Assembly: GCA_019058015.1 (NCBI GenBank)
Contig: JAHLWH010000080.1
Coordinates: forward strand, 1 to 18,437
DNA: 18,437 nt
Source of the DNA: Promethearchaeota archaeon
GTDB lineage: Archaea > Asgardarchaeota > Lokiarchaeia > Sigyniarchaeales > SOKP01
Direction of reading: 5' to 3'
Shown: positions 14,503 through 18,437 of the stretch, one piece after another
Numbering within the stretch: the first letter of the stretch is position 1
How the letters are laid out: every line of letters begins with the position of its first letter
Translations under genes and position numbers: made by a program
The notes under the pieces: model-generated
The model's input: only the letters and a program-made list of their open reading frames with translations
What the model was told of the DNA's origin: nothing
The model's database searches: none

Positions 14503-14584
14503 CACCTATTGATAAAAATAAGAAATTGTAATGCATTGCATCAACTTAATAAAATGAAAAAAATAAAAATAAAATTTTTATTCT

Positions 14585-14971
14585 TTACAATTTCCTTTTT
14601 AATTTTTTTGTATATTCTTGCACGTTAAATAACGCATCACGAGGACCGGCTTGAGGACTAATATAACACATTAATGCAGCGTTGTTATCACCTGTTGGGC
14701 AAATTATAATATGCCCCTTTCCTTTAATATTAGTTGCGATTTTTCGTTCAGGAGTATTCTCAACAACCATAAAATTAATCCCCTGTAATGAAATTCTTCC
14801 AACTCCACTTGTGGCTTGAATTAAGTTCAATATACCCGATAAATCTTGTGATAAATCCCAGTTCTCCGTTTGAAAACTTATTTGATTATTACTACCAATT
14901 AAAGCTACCCCTATTACATTTGGTTCTTCATTTAATAAGTCACTTATAATAGTACTAATCTCACTAGGCAA
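14585..14971 (-). CDS. Asgard (Loki-type) profilin
   Basis: 128 aa with QTENWD, ISLQGINFMVVENTPERKIATNIKGKGH and P.AGPRDALFNVQEY, closely matching Lokiarchaeota profilins as recalled. TTG start. Confidence 0.85.
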   Translation of the reverse strand: MPSEISTIISDLLNEEPNVIGVALIGSNNQISFQTENWDLSQDLSGILNLIQATSGVGRISLQGINFMVVENTPERKIATNIKGKGHIIICPTGDNNAALMCYISPQAGPRDALFNVQEYTKKLKRKL

Positions 14972-15154
14972 TACATCTCAACCCTTTTGAATTTTTCTAT
15001 TAATGAATATTGATAACTAAAAATTATTTTAAAACTCTTTTATTACCTATTGCTTAAATATATAAAATACATCATTCTTTAATTTAATATATTCAAAAAT
15101 ATATAGGAACCAACACTAAAGAAAAATAATTCATAAAATTTTTAAGTGACTATT

Positions 15155-15700
15155 ATGGCTTTACGATTGTGGAAAAAGGCAGTTGTCCTTACTCTTCGAA
15201 GTAAAAGAAGGTTTACTGTCTTTACGTTAATGTATACGGGACTAATTATTTGGTCTTCATTTTCATTAGATTTAACTCCGTCCTTGGGAGACATTGGACT
15301 TACCTCATTTTTTATTGCAATGGGCATCTCAATATTCCTATCGCTTTTATATGCCTGGATAATTACGAATTATAGAAGACGTGAAATAGCTACACTCAAA
15401 TGCATTGGTTGGACCAATAAAAATTGTCAAGCGATCATTATAGGCGAAATTCTATTTACTACATTAAGTGGATTTATTATCGTGATTGAAATTTTATTTC
15501 ACATAGTAGCATTTTTAGGATATTTCCATTCTGCATATAATCCCACTTTTGCTGCATCAGGATTACCTTTAATCTCTCTCAGTTCTGTGTTTGTTACATT
15601 TATCTTATTCATTTTAGTTCAATTAATTGGTATCTTTTTAGGCACAAGGAGAGTTTTAAAGGTCAGACCTATAATAGCTTTAAGGAAGGTAGGAACTTAA
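15155..15700 (+). CDS. Small FtsX/MacB-family ABC permease
   Basis: RRREIATLKCIGW...IIIGE motif, C-terminal P(I)IALR and about four TM helices. ATG 15155 is preferred over GTG 15146. Confidence 0.8.
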   Translation: MALRLWKKAVVLTLRSKRRFTVFTLMYTGLIIWSSFSLDLTPSLGDIGLTSFFIAMGISIFLSLLYAWIITNYRRREIATLKCIGWTNKNCQAIIIGEILFTTLSGFIIVIEILFHIVAFLGYFHSAYNPTFAASGLPLISLSSVFVTFILFILVQLIGIFLGTRRVLKVRPIIALRKVGT

Positions 15701-15710
15701 AGAGGTGAAT

Positions 15711-16400
15711 ATGATGGTAGATATGGATGTTATGATTAAGACTGAAGAAGTAAATAAAGAATATAGAAGAGAAGGTGCAATTATTAGAGCACTTATCGAT
15801 ATCAATTTGGAAATTAAAGAAGGAAAATTCGTAATCATACAAGGACCCACTGCTTGCGGAAAAAGCACACTTTTAAACGTATTATCAGGTCTAGATTTAC
15901 CCGATAGTGGGAAGGTTGTATTAGATGGTGAAAATATTTCCCGCTCAACAGAAGATCGTCTTTCCCGAATTCGTAGAAGAAAAATTGGCTTTGTCTTTCA
16001 AGATTTTAATTTAATCAATAATTTAACCGCTATTGAAAATGTAGAATCCACTTTATGGCCAACAGTATTACGCAATAAAGAAATTGAAAATAGAGCTATT
16101 TCTGCTTTACGTGATGTAGATCTATTGGAGAGAAAAGACCACTTTCCTGTCCAAATGTCTGGTGGTGAGAAACAAAGAGCTGCAATCGCCCGAGCAATAG
16201 TACATCGGCCTCGAGTGATTCTAGCTGATGAACCGACCGGGAATTTAGATCCAGATTCTGAAACAATGATAATGAATCTTCTCAAAAAAATAAATAAAGA
16301 CTATGATACTACGATGATTATTGTAAGCCACCGAGACCTATCTAAATATTGTGACATATTGATCAAAATGGATAAAGGAAGAATCGTTTCCGTAAAATAA
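15711..16400 (+). CDS. ABC ATP-binding protein, LolD/MacB/FtsE type
   Basis: Walker A GPTACGKS, IGFVFQ, signature MSGGEKQR, Walker B ILADEPTGNLD and H-loop VSH. SD GAGGTG at 15702-15707 favours ATG 15711 or 15714. Confidence 0.92.
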   Translation: MMVDMDVMIKTEEVNKEYRREGAIIRALIDINLEIKEGKFVIIQGPTACGKSTLLNVLSGLDLPDSGKVVLDGENISRSTEDRLSRIRRRKIGFVFQDFNLINNLTAIENVESTLWPTVLRNKEIENRAISALRDVDLLERKDHFPVQMSGGEKQRAAIARAIVHRPRVILADEPTGNLDPDSETMIMNLLKKINKDYDTTMIIVSHRDLSKYCDILIKMDKGRIVSVK

Positions 16401-16497
16401 AATCTATTTTCCTTATTTTTTCATTGATATATAAAAGATAAGTGAAATTAAATACTATGATTTTTTTAATATAGATAATAAAAAGAACTAATTTTTG

Positions 16498-17316
16498 ATG
16501 GGAGAAAAAATGGGATTAAAAAGAGTAATCTGTTCGGGCTGTTTGGGGATGTTATGCCTCATCCCGATGGCTTTTATTAGTTTTATATTTTTAGACCTTG
16601 GATCGGCTATTACCGGCGGAGTACTTACGAATATGGGTGATGCATTAGTGTCTCTTGGTTCTCTTCCTCTGTTAGGTCCTATAGGGCCCTTAATACCAAT
16701 ATTAGGGGGTGCTGCTTTTGGAATCATTTTGCTAATGCTCTTTCCGCTAGATTGGGTTCTTATTTATAGACCTGACGAACCTATGATGATGCTGGCAATA
16801 ATTCTACCTTGGATATTATGCTGCACACTCACAGCAGCTATTTTCGCACATAGCCCAAAAGGAGGTCTTACAACCTCTGTAGCTATAGGTTTGGGCTATA
16901 TGATACCAACTGTAGTAATTTATCTTTTAATACCTGTAATTGTTAATATGCTCATCAGTGGAATGCTTGGTGGAGCACTGCCCATTGATTTAAGTTTTAT
17001 AACTGAATTAATTGATTCTGTATTTGTAGGTCTTACTGACCGACCGTTTGTATTAGCCGTTATAACAGCAATTTTAGAAGGATGTTTAATAGGAGGAGTT
17101 TTCGGAGCGTTCATTGGAAGTCTTAAATATAAACCAGAGGGTGCGGAAGGAAAAGTTAAGAGTTATGCAGAACCGGAATTTGGCACTGCTGAAAAAGGTG
17201 AAGTGAAGAAGAAAGTAGCAATCGAATCCACTGAAGCCACAAACTTTTGTATGCAATGTGGAGCTAAACTGGAACCAGGAGATACATTTTGCACTAATTG
17301 TGGGGCTAAAGTTTAA
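16498..17316 (+). CDS. Membrane protein with a C-terminal zinc ribbon
   Basis: Several Gly-rich hydrophobic segments, a charged linker, then FCMQCG...FCTNCG at the C-terminus. Confidence 0.8.
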   Translation: MGEKMGLKRVICSGCLGMLCLIPMAFISFIFLDLGSAITGGVLTNMGDALVSLGSLPLLGPIGPLIPILGGAAFGIILLMLFPLDWVLIYRPDEPMMMLAIILPWILCCTLTAAIFAHSPKGGLTTSVAIGLGYMIPTVVIYLLIPVIVNMLISGMLGGALPIDLSFITELIDSVFVGLTDRPFVLAVITAILEGCLIGGVFGAFIGSLKYKPEGAEGKVKSYAEPEFGTAEKGEVKKKVAIESTEATNFCMQCGAKLEPGDTFCTNCGAKV

Positions 17317-17524
17317 AGAATAAGTCAATAAACCAATAATTATTTATAAAAATATTAAGATTCAATATTTTTTCTTTCTTTTTTATTTTTTCAAACAAAA
17401 ATTTCCTTTAATTAATCGAGTTCGAATGTTAAAATATCTTTTTAATTTTTAAATTTATATAGAATTAAATAATATCTATTCATAAAATAAATCAAGTAGA
17501 TAATATATTTAATGTGATGATTAA

Positions 17525-18437
17525 ATGTCTAGGAGAATAAAAGGTATTATTGTAAGTAGGTTAATAGTCCTTGTGTCCATTTTTTTAGTTCCAATTATAA
17601 TTTTCTTAATCTTTTCTCTTGCACCATTCCAATTAACATGGGCTGACGAACAAACTCAATTTATTTTATTGCAAATATTGATCCCCTTAGTTTTTAGCAT
17701 TTCTTGGGTATATTTTTTATTAATTTTTGCAAATCGAACTGCTACTTCAATAGATATGATGGATAAAACAATTGGAGTAGTTCCCTTAAGATTGAAATTC
17801 TTCTATGGTCTTAATGCATTATTCATTTTACTAATTTTTATTTACCCATTAGTTACCCCCATTATTTCAGTTTTAGCATTCGCATCGTTTGCATGGCGTT
17901 TAACTACTTTTCGACGAGAAGAATGGGATTCACAATCTAAAACTTCTTTATTAACTAAAATCGCGATTATAATTGCTATTATTCTCCCAGTTGTTTGCGG
18001 GATTATTATCATTCCTGAAATTATCACATTATCAATATATTTATGGAGTAATATTTGGGATCCATTATTAGATTATATATATATAATTTCAAGAGCATTA
18101 TGTACTGCACTTGCTTTTGGTTCTTTAATCATTTTATTTAAGAAGTCGGGTATAAGTGAATACGAACAATTCTATATGAGACCAGATGAAGCTAGCTTTT
18201 TCATGGGTGTAAAAGTTTTTGACGCTTTTTGTTTTCTATTCTTTATATTTTTAGAATTTTTCCAAATTCCGATTATTGATTTCTTTTATTATGCAGGATT
18301 TGTTATTGTGTGTTTTGTTGCATTAGCTAATTTAATTAAAGGAAAGATGGAAGATAGATCATTCAAATCATACATTTTAGGATACCTAATCGCAATAGTA
18401 TTTATGGGTTCAAGCCTATTTACCTATGATATTGGAC
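17525..18437 (+). CDS. Polytopic membrane protein, hypothetical (3' end truncated by the window edge)
   Basis: Absent from the ORF track. Frame open from ATG 17525 to the window end: MSRRIKGIIVSRLIVLVSIFLVP...VPLRLKFFYGLN...AWRLTT...ALAFGSL...SEYEQ, with many hydrophobic segments. Confidence 0.8.
   Translation, partial: MSRRIKGIIVSRLIVLVSIFLVPIIIFLIFSLAPFQLTWADEQTQFILLQILIPLVFSISWVYFLLIFANRTATSIDMMDKTIGVVPLRLKFFYGLNALFILLIFIYPLVTPIISVLAFASFAWRLTTFRREEWDSQSKTSLLTKIAIIIAIILPVVCGIIIIPEIITLSIYLWSNIWDPLLDYIYIISRALCTALAFGSLIILFKKSGISEYEQFYMRPDEASFFMGVKVFDAFCFLFFIFLEFFQIPIIDFFYYAGFVIVCFVALANLIKGKMEDRSFKSYILGYLIAIVFMGSSLFTYDIG

Noticed and set aside
13405-14971. Functional link between HDAC and profilin (cytoskeletal acetylation)
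   Set aside because: The genes are convergent and only adjacent; nothing in the sequence supports a link.
5738-18027. Short antisense ORFs (5738, 8126, 8357, 10427, 12742, 15142, 15680, 15998, 16488, 16920, 17086, 17842)
   Set aside because: All overlap longer, better-supported genes on the opposite strand.

Overview
AT-rich archaeal DNA, most likely from an Asgard archaeon of the Lokiarchaeia type (it carries a Loki-type profilin and an Asgard longin-like domain). The left half is a divergent locus. On the minus strand is a duplicated operon encoding five paralogous domains of an uncharacterised family with a TraB/TIKI-like motif pattern; two are fused to an MtdB-like NAD(P)-dependent methylene-H4MPT dehydrogenase. 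On the plus strand is an operon encoding a winged-helix DNA-binding domain fused to HdrA-MvhD, followed by MvhG and MvhA. This group-3 [NiFe] hydrogenase carries two signatures of H2-sensing hydrogenases: Gln instead of His in the L1 motif, and no C-terminal extension. The HdrA has lost most Cys residues of one Fe-S motif. About eight copies of a 20-bp palindrome, TTGAYAA-N6-TTRTCAA, lie in the two upstream intergenic regions. Together these suggest, as an inference, a one-component H2/redox-sensing transcription system built from Hdr-Mvh parts that controls C1-metabolism genes. The right half holds an output-less membrane sensor module, a polytopic membrane protein with a longin-like domain, an HDAC-family deacetylase, profilin, a minimal FtsX/LolD-type ABC pair and two membrane proteins. 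All family assignments come from motif recognition by eye; no database searches were run.
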